Below are positions 21,801-34,441 of a stretch of DNA of 64,000 nucleotides, one piece after another (the first letter of the stretch is position 1; each line of letters begins with the position of its first letter). The notes beneath the pieces are model-generated. The model was not told the DNA's origin, did no database searches, and worked only from the letters and a program-made list of their open reading frames with translations. The stretch covers positions 8,928,001-8,992,000 of the forward strand of contig JBHGNT010000017.1 in NCBI GenBank assembly GCA_043228905.1, read 5' to 3'. The DNA comes from Azolla caroliniana (taxonomy: Eukaryota > Plantae > Polypodiophyta). The translations under genes were made by a program, and so were the position numbers.

Positions 21801-21892
21801 TTAGATCAAAGCATTCTGGACATTTTAGAGGATGAATGAAGGCCGGATCGTGGGATTCGACGTACAAGGTACAGTCCCATGGGCATGCCATG

Positions 21893-22352
21893 TGTTAGCT
21901 GGCCGGCAAGGGAAGTTCAGAATGGGAAAAGGGGGATAATTAATAACCAGGAGCATTTTAGTTATAATATAGAATTATTATGATTTTGACAAGCGAACAG
22001 ACGGACCTGGAATCGATATGTTGATCCGGATCTAGACCGGTTCGTAGCTGGTTGCCGGTTGGCACCGGTGTGTACCTAGAGCCCGAGACCTATAAAGGGC
22101 CAGGTTAGATTGTAATCAGGAGCAGATAATTAATAGAGTATTGTTGTTCTGTATCTTAATCATTGTTAATTATTGTTCTGTGCTAAATGTAATTTATCCT
22201 ACGCGTGTATTGTGACTAATGATCTTGTCGCTAAATAACCAATTAGGGTTCCATTAATAGTTGGTCTAACTTTATCTCACCGCAACACCCCATTGGTGAA
22301 GTGTCTCAAAGGGCACCCTGTGTTAGGTCATTGTCCGGCCCTAGCGATAACA
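21893..22352 (+). repeat. 3' LTR of G3
   Basis: Matches 9704-10165; followed by TSD AAAAA. Confidence 0.95.
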
Positions 22353-23282
22353 AAAAAGGGGAGGTAAAGTCAGTAAGACCGAGACATGGACGTGGGCCGA
22401 TGTCCTGAAACGTCTGGGAATCGAAGACGAATTGAAGACAGCTGATTTGGTCGAGAGTAGAAATGAATTGGATGTACCTAATTCAATCGAAATGTTCGAC
22501 TCGGAGGAGCCAAATCTACGATGGGCCAAGTGGACAAAAAGCAATCGAAGTTGACATGGAGACGGAGGAGCCAACGGGTCGAGGGGCACCAACACCGTGA
22601 CAATAAGGGAGGTGATAAGGGCTCAAGGAGCAAACAGGCCGGCCGGAGAAGGTCAAGATGTGCGGAACCGGACGTGTCGCGGGAAGCAAAACCAGACCGG
22701 ACGAGGATCGCAAGCTAGGCGGGAGGATGCCAAGGGGAGCCTAAGGAGAGGACCGGTTGCCACAGACACTAACGCAACAATCCGAACTCGAGTTGAGCTT
22801 GAGGGGAAGTGTTGAGCGAACAAGCTGAACCGGATCCGGATAGACTTAATAAGCCTGAGTCGCGTCGTATCCGAAACAAAGAACTCGATTGTATCTGGAT
22901 CGGTGTCTAGATAGTATCCGGAACCTAGAGCCAGATCGAGAACCAAGAGCCGGATCAAATTGTAACCAGTAGGCCATTAGAGGCCTACGAATCTGGCCTA
23001 GTGCGTAGGCATATTTTTAGGAGTCAGTGTTAGTCGCTGGTATGAGCATTGAAGTACTTGTCAGTACTTTTGTCAGTCCTCCTTAGGACTTGTATAAGAG
23101 TGCTCACAAAGCACATTGTATGTAAAGAGAGTGTTTTAGTGTTTTTAGGAATATGCACGTTTCTATGTTCTACTCTAAATCTGTCTCTCCCAGGTAAGGT
23201 TTCCATTAAACCTATGTCTATATTCTTTAGCTATCCGGATAAGCCGGTTTTGTCTTAGCTTCCACAATCGTATTCTTTTACA
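22353..23282 (+). mobile_element. Copia C1 3' region, PPT and 3' LTR (22810-23282)
   Basis: PPT GAGGGGAAG then TGTTGAGCGA...TTTTACA; homologous to 62550-63031 and the reverse complement of 50633-50955. Confidence 0.85.
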
Positions 23283-23849
23283 AAAACTTCTAGAACCGTT
23301 TGGTTTAGGTTTGAATTTTGTGTAAACGGTTTCAGTTTAGATAGTTTCATGGTTCGGTCCATATCAATTTAGGTTTCAACTTTCTCTTAAGATTTCGGTT
23401 TGAACCGGTTTGGGTTTGAGACTTCTAAGTTGAACCAAACCGTTGTTGATTGTTTGCTCATATTCATAAGTTGATTACTCTATGATATAATTTGTTTCAT
23501 CCCAAAAGAATGTGTATAAGTACATCCTCCTAAAGGTTGGAATGTTTAAACTGTAGGAATGGTTTCTCATGTATCATGCATCTCATGGTGTTCAAATCTT
23601 CTTTTATAAATCTTCATAGTATTTCAGTGGTGCAAACAAAACATTGGGATAATTTATCACTATATTGTACACACTTTTAATAAAAGATATTTTCCTAGTT
23701 TCTCGGATGCCTTTTCACATACACACATACAACATGTTTTCCTAAATAGTGAGAGGCTTTAATAGTTTATAGGTTGCAAAGTTCCATGCACCTCATTATT
23801 GTTAGTTTAGTCAATTATGATAATTGAGAAAAGTTAAGGATTTAGACAT

Positions 23850-24110
23850 ATTTTCAATACATAATCTTTTCCAACACTCTTTTGCGACCAATAATGTGTG
23901 TAAAGTTAAGGAGTTACACCTATTTTCAATACATAATCTTTTATCATAATGTAACATTGTTTTCTTTGTTTGTCTCTTTATTTGAATATGTTTTCCTCTC
24001 GATTTCTCTTTGTTTGAATATGTTTTTGAATTCACTCTGTTTTTGTCTGTATTTCTTTGTATTTCTCTGTTTTTCTTTGTTTGAATATGTTTTTCTGTCT
24101 GTTTGAATCT
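23850..24110. repeat. Degenerate AT-rich short repeats
   Basis: TATTTTCAATACATAATCTTTT twice, and several (CTCTTTG)TTTGAATATGTTTT copies with another near 24480. Confidence 0.55.
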
Positions 24111-26949
24111 ATTTGAGTGCCAACTCCATGAACACTCTGTTCATATTTGTTTGAATTCTGAATTTAAAGGTGAGTGCATGTGCATGTAGGCTAATGTGAC
24201 TCTTTCTTCTTTATTTTTTGATAGATTGGAAGATTCGTAGTGGAAACTTGATCCTTCACTGTCTCATAATTTTCTATATATCCCATGTACTTTAATTTGC
24301 TTATTCCCTTTGGAAAACACGGATTGTGTATGTATGTTCCCCCTTCTTGCAAATGGAATCCATAGATTATGCTAGTCCAACGTACTCTACATTATTGTTA
24401 CAATATGTCCCACAACAAAAATACGAAAGGCAATGGAATCTACTTTATTGTTTCCCCTTCTCTGTTTTCTCTGTTTTTCTCTCTATTTGAATATGTTTTC
24501 TCTGTTTTTTGGGAAATTTATATATTTAGTTTTTGGTATCCAAAATTTTGTGACTAATTTGATTTGGTAATGCGCTAGATTATTTTTTTGGATTTGGTAT
24601 GCACTAAAAAAGTAATTTCAACATGTTCCGATTGACATTGTCATTAGTAAGAACGTGGCCGATTGAAATTTTAAAATTCTAGTTAGGTTCATAAGAAGTA
24701 CGAAAATTTCCAATAGGGGCTAGAGACTTTGTCCAACATTGGTTATAATATATAGTTGGAATTGTTTGAACTAGTCCTTGGATTCTTTAAGTTATCTTGT
24801 GTGTGGAATGATTACATAATAGAGAGCACATTCTTTACCACTAGCCTTTATTTTACCTTATGCATCCATGTCCACTCAATATAGAACATGTGAAACCGTG
24901 AGTCTATTTGAAAAACAATAGACCACCACTAAGAAAACTATGATTAACATTTCCAAAGTTATTGTACAAAATATAGTTTGAGAAATAAACATGATGAGAA
25001 TGTAAATTGTTATGTATTGCATTTGTTGGAACCAAGTTGGGAAGCATATTCATGTTTTCCATTTTCCATGTTTTTAAAAGTGCACATATTGAAAACAATC
25101 AATATGCCATGGAATTTCAATTTCTCAAATTAGTTGTTTGAATCATGTTCTTTAGTGATTAATTTGAGGTATCACCTTTGTGAGAATCTACATTCATATT
25201 TCTTGGGCAAATAAGCTTGGTACCAATAAGAATAATTGAGCTATTCTAGAACACTTACAAGTATTGAAATCCTAAATTCCGCAGTGCCTAGTATAATGAA
25301 AGTCTATTACAAAATAAATTGAAAGACAAACATAAAAGTAGTGCTTCGAATGACATAACCTCCTCCTTGAAACATGAAAATTGATTAGACATATACATTT
25401 ACTTTAAATATGTACTATCTTCAACATGAAAGGGTAACTCTTGTAAATACTTTCGTTTGGCATAAAACTTTCACTTTTACACTTTGCCTCAAAGTACGAA
25501 ATGGTTTCATTAGATATTCACGATTAGAGTTGACAATATGCACATAGGTTTTCTAAAACTATCTTTCATAGCCACTTTTTCTATGAAAAAGAACGCCAAG
25601 TTTACCAACAAACCATGATTATTTTAATATATTTAGATATCGGAACTTCCCAAAACATGAAAAATTGGAATAATATATCAAGGTAATTGGAATTAGAATG
25701 AATAAATTACATGAGAAAGCTAGAAGGTATCAAAACTCCATATACAAACCACACTTATAATCTACATACAAACATTTTTAAGTTTATTGTAGGGGGGCAT
25801 GCTATGAGTATTTAAATAATATATGTCAAATGTTCAAGAGTTCTATTTTAAAACCCTATGTGTCACGTGAGTCCATGAACAAAATAATGTGGTTATGAAG
25901 TAGGAATCGGCAATGGTTGGGTTTTGGATTAAGCGGTCAGGCCTTATCCAAACCAAACCGGTTAAGCCTTAACTGATTTTGAAAGTTTTCAAACTTGAAC
26001 CAAATTGGTTTAGTTAATTAGTTTGATCAATTAAGCCTAAACTAGTTTAGCAACCGATTTGGAGAAACTGTTTAGCCTTAACCCGTTTGTAAATTTGTTT
26101 GGCCTAATCCAATTCGGTTCAACTTGAGCCTTGCCTAACCAAGATCAAACCGGTTTACAAAGTTCAAGCCTTAACCGAGCCGAACTGCCAAACTGTTTAA
26201 AATAGTTTGGCAACTCGGCTCGTTTGATTGTTTAATAAAATTAAATGAAAACAATGATTAAATTTGATTACAATGACACACATAACAAATTATATTAAAT
26301 TTTGCTTGATAGTGAAATGAGACTAACATGAAAACGAAAAAATATTAATGAACAAGATGTTATGTGTGCTAACACACAATGTTAAACTGCATTAACCTCA
26401 TCATCGCAAATTGTTACTTTTAGGTTCATGAATATTCAAAACATTAAGATTGTGGGTTTAGGTGAGCAATGAAGCTTTAGGAAATGCATGGATGTAAATA
26501 AAACTATATAATGCATGGATGAAAACATATCCAACCCATCATGTACCTAAACTAATAAACAATACTTGGATTATGTATGCATGACTGATGACAAAACCAA
26601 AACATAACTTAGAAGAAGATCTTAACCCAACTAGATTGTGTTATAGACAAGCAATAACACACTTCACTACTTCATTTGAAGTGGTCAAGTGTAAACACAC
26701 TAAACAAATTTTCTCATATTGTAGAATTGTTACAATGTTCAATTCATATCCTCATTCCTTTTGGAATTAACCCACATGTACCCATTATACGATGAGAGAA
26801 AATTACAAAACTCCAATCTCATGACTAGTTATGATTATGCATATAACGTATTCCCCGACTCTAAAAGATTGCACTCTCGCATTGATTATTTAACGGAAGT
26901 GTGTCCTTATTTGTTTTGCTAGTTGTGGTCGAGTTCTGCTAGTTAGGAT

Positions 26950-27800
26950 CCTATGTGGGGGAGTGGTAGTTGTCGAGGGAGGATAACGGGTAATTGCAGG
27001 TGACTTGGTCTAGGGGGTGCTCGATCACAAGTTCTTGTACAAACCTCCCGTTTGGTGCTTGCCAACAGTTTTCTTGTGCATGCATCACAAAAGCTTTGGG
27101 CCACTTACAATATTGCAAATGTTGTTGGTGTAAGAGGGGACACTCATGTCTAGTATGTTGTCCTTGGCATACCATGCATCAAACATTTTCCCTTGCTGCA
27201 TAAGCTTGTGGTCATTTTGCGCGCGGTGGTCCCAAGAGTGCCTATGGAGGGGTTCCGGTGTGTTGTCACGGGTGTTTGTCAATGAGTGGGTAGGGATTTG
27301 ACGACCAACTTTTAAAAGACCTACTTTAAACGTCATCACTATTGGTGCATGCTTCGTAAAAGGACCTATAGATCCTAGCTACAAGGAAGTTCTAGAGTGT
27401 GGGGTCGAAGAGGTCGTTGATGAAACTACACATGAACTTATTATTCGACATTTTATCACCTATGTTGCATCGGATGTGGAGGTTCTGTGCGTGGTGTATA
27501 TACTCCCAGATTGTCTCTCTTGCTTCTTGTTTAAGAGAGAAGAGTTGGTTGATTGGGTTCCACTTGCTCCCTCATCGAGGAAAGTCGGTCACTATAACTT
27601 CAACGAGAGTTCGGAACTATATGCTGGCTTGATCATTGAGTGTGAGGCCAAAGCAAGCCAAAGACAACTACCTCTGTGGCTTCTGTGATAGGTTCATAGG
27701 ATCTACTTATTTGCACGAAGTATTCCACATGATCTTATGCATCTCCAAAGCTGAGGAAAAGAGGATCTAACTTCGAGATTGATGTGCTTTTCCCATTGTC
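26950..27800 (-). pseudogene. Highly decayed retrotransposon gag with two C-terminal zinc knuckles
   Basis: Manual translation gives FGDA*DHVEYF...FGLTLNDQASI*FRTL (gag-like), then CMVCQGQHTRHEC and CKWPKAFVMHAQENC. No LTR found. Confidence 0.55.
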
Positions 27801-28225
27801 ATTCATGGGGTGTCTCGGGCCCTTTGTAGCGGTCTGTTCTTTCTCCATCATTGATACAAAGGTTTGGATGGATTGTAGCACCACCACTAAGTAGGCCTTT
27901 GGATGTGCATGGGTTGTGCGATTCATGGCCGTGTTGGTGTCTGAGGCACATAATGGTGACAGTCTTTGAGCTTGTTCTTGGTTAGGGTTGGTGGTCATTG
28001 TGCTCGAGTGGGGGTTTGTGTCTAACTTATGTTGGTTGTGTTGATGCACAACGTTGCCTTAAGGAGTGGAAGTTTTTGTTGTGATCTTGCATATACTTAT
28101 GATCTTTCGGACAATGTGGCCTCAATGTCTTGAGTGAGTGTGTTCGGTTGGCCTCCTTTTATGAATTGGATTGTCCATAGTTCAATTTATTGCTCGACGG
28201 TTCGAATTTCTTGTACACCGAGTAA

Positions 28226-28350
28226 CAAGCATTCGACAAGGCAAACACTTGACAAGAGAGTGTTCGACAAACGAACACTCGACAAATGAGCATTCGACAA
28301 GCTGAGCACTCAACTAAAGAGCGTTCAACTAAGAAATGCTTAACTAAAGA
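28226..28350. repeat. Degenerate ~15-bp tandem array
   Basis: About 8 units resembling GAGCATTCGACAAG. Confidence 0.6.
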
Positions 28351-29199
28351 AAAATGGCAAATTCAAACTAAACAAATTTCTTTAAGTCAAAGACCACACC
28401 ACCAAACGAGATGACAGAAACAAATAAAAAACGCACCACATCCAACCCCACACACTACTATGGAGAATGGCTAACCCCAAGGATATTACCAAATATAAAT
28501 CTCGCCCCTAGCCTCTCCACCAATGTACTTCTCAACACACCCCTGCATTTTTAATCCCCATCAAAGAGTGACAAAACATAGAGCACATATTCAAGATCGA
28601 GTAGAACAAGTGGGAAAATTTATCAAAAGAAGCCGAGCTCTAACAACCAAATAATGATGCCAAATGTCAAGGAATGAGCGGGTGAAAAGCGTCGAGCAGA
28701 CGAGAAGACATATATATCGAGGAGTAGTGAACATAGAGGGGGATCTAGAGAAGATTAAGCCTAGCGATAGACTAGGAGAGATTGAGCGAGTATTGTTCTG
28801 ATTATACTGAGAACTTGTATTTGTACTTGTATGCTAAAGTTAATCGAATATACATATATACTTTGTGGGTAACTTTGTGTCTGTCTCATCTTGATACATA
28901 TATCTTTATAACGTTCAGTCTATGTAAGGACAAAACTACGAATCGGTTGTAGTTGATTTCACTGTGTGTCAATCTCATTCTCTATAAGCAAATCCGTTCC
29001 ACACTCGTTAGTACGCTATGACCCTGAGTCTCTTACACACTATAATCCCTTGACCCGATTACTCAAGAGGAGTAATTGAAGGTGTTTTCCAGGAGGGAGT
29101 AACACAATTTGGCATGCCCGGTTCATGCTGTTGCTTCACTACAAACACGCATAGGAGACAAGCCTAATCATTGTAACAACACCTGGCAAAGGAATACAC

Positions 29200-30870
29200 A
29201 CTCAAACGACATCCCGACATGCGAAACAAGAAGACAACATCACCGTCTCACGGAGTAATCGCTACCTCCGGAATCGGACGCCCAATCACCAGTGGTTCAC
29301 GATCCCGCCTCGTCTAGCGGCAACACTTTTGAAGTCGACCAACCCGAAGGTAACCTCTTCTCGGTCGTACCGGAGGATCCCAACTTCAACACGATTCCTT
29401 ATCCCTACCTACAATATACCGATGGCGCTGATGGGGAAGTGCATGTTCGAGCCTTCTTAACCACATGGCAAGCAAACGATGTGTTGCAGCAATTTGGTCG
29501 TGGCCAATGGCGAAACATTGGAGATCACAGAGTTCGGCTTGTCTCTCTATGGGCAAGCAGCGCACTGGTACTCACAACACGACTTGGGGGCGTTTGCACC
29601 CTTTAGAGCCCTCCGAGATAGGTTCATCCGCCTTTTTCATCGACAAATTCCCCAGTGAGAACTATTAAGCCAGTTCTACATCATCTTGTAGTAGACACAA
29701 GAGACGATTCCGCAATTCACGATTCGCTTTCAGAACTTACACCGTCAGCTAACTCGGGAAATCTTGGTTGATGACCTGAAGGACACCTTCCTTACGGCTC
29801 TCTACAAGCCCCTTTGAACCACTTTGGGGGTCCTTGACTTTTCTCAACACACAATTGAGCAAGTCACTCTCCATGTCCTCGCCATGGATAGCACCCAAAA
29901 CATTGAACTCTTTCTCCATGACCTCCCTCTGAGGCACCTTACCACAACCTGAAGAAACCCAATTTCGGTAGGCCATACAATGCACCACTTGCTTGAACCC
30001 AGGACATTCGGCAGTGGACTGCACCCTACGTTTGCATTGCCTCATCTGTCATTGTTGAGCTCACACCCTCGACCAATGTGAGTATAACCTGCTCAACTAC
30101 GTCGCCGCCTTGGTCTGACGGATCGAGCCATGAAATGATTGCTTCCAACACGAGGATCTCGTCCGCCAGCTGCCTCGCTTTTGGGACGATGAGCGACCCT
30201 CGTAAGAGGACAGTTATCAGCCAGCCGAGGACACTTATGGCTCCTATTGCTACGACTATAACCGCGACAAAGATTATGAGCCTCAATATGAACACGACCC
30301 ACGAACACAGAGGAGGGCCCCCAACCATAATCAGTTTCCAAATAATCAACAATATGGAAATAATCGGCACCCCTCGGACAATCAGCGTCGAGATAATCCT
30401 GGATGAGACCACTGTCATCCTCTTCCCAACACCGAACATCGAGATGATCGTCGACAACCCCTGCAATATGACGTACTACCCCCCGATGAACCGCTCCAAC
30501 AATCTCCACCGTCTCAAACCAAGCAAGGGGAATCTAGCAAATCAGCCCCTATAATTTGCTTTCACTGCAACAAACCTAGACATTACACCATGCAATGTCC
30601 AACCAATAATTGCAAAAAGGGGCCGACAGTCAACACCATCACGATTGAGGTTCAGCAGGTGACGACACGTAGTAAAACTTAATAAACGCAATGGGATGTC
30701 TAGGATGAGGTCCGTCAAGCTGCTAAACCATGGATTCAGAAGACCAATACTATGAACTTGGACCGCATGAACAACGAAATGCGGGATACCGTGAGTGGCA
30801 CAACCTCTCCACCGACCCATCCTGAGCTTTCCAAAAAGGACCTGATTTGGTAAGCTTTAACCAGTTGCCA
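29200..30870 (+). pseudogene. gag: G5 gag
   Basis: YPYLQYTDGADGEVHVRAFLTTWQAN and AIQCTTCLNPGHSAVDC match the G3 gag. Confidence 0.85.
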
Positions 30871-30871
30871 A

Positions 30872-33080
30872 AACTTCCGACCTGACTCTCACTCGGTTCT
30901 TGCCTGGAACTCCTTGATGGTACTTGATTATTTGTCTTCAATATGAAGGCCCATGTTTTCCGACTGTAGTCGTCAATAAACGTTAGAAAGTACTGTCCAC
31001 CTCGATGCGATGGAGCATCTATATAGCACACATCTGTGTGCACTAGTTCTAGTGCAATGTCTCTTCTGCTTGATGGTCTTGTGTGGAATGCCACTCTGTT
31101 TTGCTTACCAACTAAGAAGTCGACGCACTTTTCCAAGGGCACTCCCTTGAATATTGGTCAGCCAATAGATGCATTCCTTTCTCACTCATGTGGCCGAGTC
31201 TCTTGTGCCATAACTCTTTGCTCGAGTCGGCTGCCACATTCACTTCTGACTTGCACAATCGGGCATGCATCATATACAGTGTGGCCTCTTTCTGTGCTCG
31301 GGCCACTATGAGGTTTCCATGGAAGAACATTCACTTGTCATTTCGAAAACTACCACTATAGCCTTCACCATCCAACCTTCCAGTCGATATCACATTCAAT
31401 CTTATATCGGAGACCTGTCAAACTTCCTTTAGGCTCAGTCAACACCTTGTCGACGTCGTGAAGTAGACACTTCTGACTCCAACTATCTTGCACTCTCCAT
31501 TGTCACCCATCTTTACATAACCATGATCCCCAACTATGTAAGTCGAGAGATACTCTCTCGACGGAGTTATATGGAAAGATGCACCGGAGTCAATCACCCA
31601 AGTGAATTCTTCACTCGCTAGGCTTGCACTTGTCTGTTCACAAATGAACATAAGTTCTTCATTGCTCCTAAGAATGGCCGAAGTGCCCTTTTCATCAGAA
31701 ATCTTCTTGGGTTCGATATTATTACCTACACTCTTGTCCTTCTTAAGATGTCGGTAGTCCTTCTAGAAATGTCCAGGCTTTCCACAATGAAAGCATGTTA
31801 GCTTACCTCTGGACTTCCACCTGGCATGAGACTTTTCTCTCCTTGGTGGAATCCTCTGCCGGTTTCTTCCTCTGCCGGTGTGTTGAGTCAAGTTTAACTC
31901 CAACTGGACCAGGACACCCTTGTCCTTCCTTCTGGTCTTCTCATTCAAGATGCTTGCCTTTACTACTTGTAGAGACAAGTTCTCTTCTTGACACGAGGTG
32001 TTGACGGTCACCACCAGGTTCTCCCAGTTGTTCGGCAAAGTACACAACAAGATGGCCTACATTGCATCCTCAAGGGGAAACTAGGTTGTAGTAAGTTGAT
32101 TTGCGTACCCCATGAATATGTTGATGTGTTTGAAGATGCTCTCACCGTCTCTGTATTTCAGTCGTATGATCATACTCATCAGTGAGGTTTTATTTATGGC
32201 GTTCTTCCTCTCGTATAGACCTGATAGCTTCTGCCACATCTCGTGGGCATTTGTGTCGTTCACCACATGTTTAAGGACACTTACATCGACGCATTGTTGG
32301 ATGGTGGCCATTGCCTTTCTGTTACGAAGGTTCCATTCTGACTCTAATACCCTCGTGGGTATTTCTACTTTGTTGATCGGCTTGTATAGGTCTTTGAATA
32401 TGAGAAGGTCCTCCATCTTTATCTTCCAGTCGGCATAGTTCTGAGAGTTTAAAACTATCATACTTGAGAAGCCACTCACATCTCCTTGCATCTTAACCTC
32501 GCTTTGATACCAGTTTGTTGTGAATCGAATCTCCAAATCTATGAGAAAGACTAACTCGGAAATACACAATACATGCGAAAATAGCAAATGCATACTACAC
32601 ATTGATTTACGTGGAAACCGTAAAGGGGGAAAACCATGGGAATAGAGATTCCATAATACAGAGAGAATACAGGATGAGATCAAAGTACAAACACTCTCCA
32701 CTCAGAGTGTATCAGCCACATAGGGCTCTTGGCGTCAAGCCAAACTTGGCTATGGCGCCACTCTCTCTCTCTCTCTCTCTCTTACACTCTCTTCTCTATC
32801 GCTAACAACAACCAAGAATAACACACAATTCTATTTTGCACACTATTGATCTGTTTGCCCTAGGTGTATTTATACTAATACACCGAATGGGCTATTTATA
32901 ATTATGGCCATTATTATTATGTAATAATAATAATAATCTTACTAATTAGCCGACTCATCCATTGGAGATTCCACTATACAGAGAGAATACAGGATGAGAT
33001 CAAAGTACAAACACTCTCCACTCAGAGTGTATCAGCCACATAGGGCTCTTGGCGTCAAGTCAGACTTGGCCATGGCGCCA

Positions 33081-33132
<52 letters not shown>

Positions 33133-33515
33133 CTTACACTCTCTTCTCTATCACTAACAACCAAGAATAACAGACAATTCTATTCTGCACACTATTGATC
33201 TGTTTGCCCTAGGTGTATTTATACCAATACACCGAATGGGATATTTACAATTATGGCCATTATTATTATCTAATAATAATAATAATCTTAATGATTAGCC
33301 GACTCATCCGTCGATTGTCGGGTCGGTTCGACTAGTCGGTTTGGTCATCGACCATCCAATCGGCCTGACTCATCGGTTGTGTCTTCGACCTCGATAAACT
33401 CTTGTCAACTCCGCAACTATCGGTTCTCAACTGACCAGTCGATTGCTCCTTGTCTTCAATTGTCGACTCCCTCCGAGTAGTTGGCTCCTCCCACTGGAGG
33501 GACATATTCCTAACA
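30872..33515 (-). mobile_element. Ty1/copia C2, 5' half (LTR, tRNA-iMet PBS, gag, PR, start of integrase); 3' half deleted
   Basis: LTR 32516-33515, PBS TGGTATCAAAGC at 32501-32512, gag (NYADWKIKMEDLL), CFHCGKPGHF, WVIDSGAS, LWHKRLGH, LELVHTDVC. Confidence 0.9.
32645..33309. repeat. Tandem duplication (~320-345 bp units) inside the C2 LTR, each unit with a (CT)n tract
   Basis: 32645-32960 and 32965-33309 are near-identical (GAGATTCCA...GCCGACTCATCC). Confidence 0.9.
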
Positions 33516-34441
33516 AGGATCCCATTCCTTCACCGACCTTGGTATCCCCGCGGACAATGCAAGAGACCACGACACAAAAGCCGATAGTAGTTTCCATCGA
33601 GGACATCACCATCCGTGGGCGCGAGAAATCCAAATTGAATGTTTCGATAGCACAGCCCTAACCGACCCTCAAAAGCCCTCGCCAAGAAACACGAGAGGAG
33701 ACCTGGAAATCCCCCGGCGACAGGAAGAAGCAACCGTCCGACGAACACATGAAACGGCCTCGAGAGGACATAGAGGCCAAACAACACTCGGGGGCTAGAA
33801 AGAGCTCGGCCAAGAAGCACCACCATCTGCAATGACACCGCGATGACAAGGTAAGCGCCCGAACCACAATAAATGAATTGCAGATGGTCGATGCACCCGA
33901 CAAGACTGTAGTCGTCATCCCTGACACGGCTCTCTCTCTTACGGGAAATCTGTTGAAAGGCTAGGCCTCCCAAATCTTGGAAGATGCCGTGTTGGCCTTT
34001 CTCGATCTGCCAGTCGAGGTATTCGAGCTCGATGTCATTTTGCGGCATGACACTTCCTATGATTTCATTGACTTCCTCGCTTGATTACAAGTAGTGGCTG
34101 TGGTGCATATGGCCGGAGAGCATGCGGATAGGGCAATGGTCAAGAGGGTTATCGCCGGAGAGCTTGAGTTTGATGAAGAGGTGGCCCTACAGAAAATCGG
34201 CCACAAACGTCAAAAGAGGAGGAGCCAGCTACTTATCGAGCTGTCTGAGTTAAACAAGGCCCTGGTCGAAGTATACCAGGAATTCGACAAATGGACCCGC
34301 GCGGCCAAGGATATGGCTTTGAACGTAGTAAACAAGCACGCAAACAAGCCAAACGGGCAATAGAGCTATGGCAGGCTTCGATAGCCTGAATTGTCGAACT
34401 TGAACGACAACTCCCGGAATGTGAGGGCGAAGGTCAGGCCG

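Larger units (their letters stand above)
9704..22352 (+). mobile_element. Ty3/gypsy element G3 (non-chromovirus, tRNA-Arg PBS, long 3' extra-ORF region) with both LTRs
   Basis: LTRs 9704-10165 and 21893-22352 (TGTTAGC...GATAACA), TSD AAAAA (9699-9703 / 22353-22357), PBS 10173-10184, gag-PR-RT-RH-IN order. Contains two nested insertions. Confidence 0.93.

Noticed and set aside
21874-21890. Reading the pre-LTR motif simply as overlapping palindromes (CCCATGGG, GGCATGCC)
   Set aside because: The palindromes are imperfect in the G5 copy; the tRNA-3'-end match and fixed CCA spacing explain both copies better.
25900-26235. MITE or DNA-transposon-like AAACCG/CGGTTT-rich segment (similar at 23290-23445)
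   Set aside because: I could not define terminal inverted repeats or a TSD; probably an old repeat, but not callable.
23283-26900. Possible host gene or exons in the AT-rich stretch
   Set aside because: Only short low-complexity ORFs; no convincing exon chain or protein motif.
28226-28350. CRISPR-like array
   Set aside because: Degenerate ~15-bp units without unique spacers, in a eukaryotic context with no cas genes.
28560-28600. TSD and exact 5' end for G5
   Set aside because: The 5' LTR start is missing and no copy of the 3' flank ACAGT is found, so the LTR pairing is likely but unproven.
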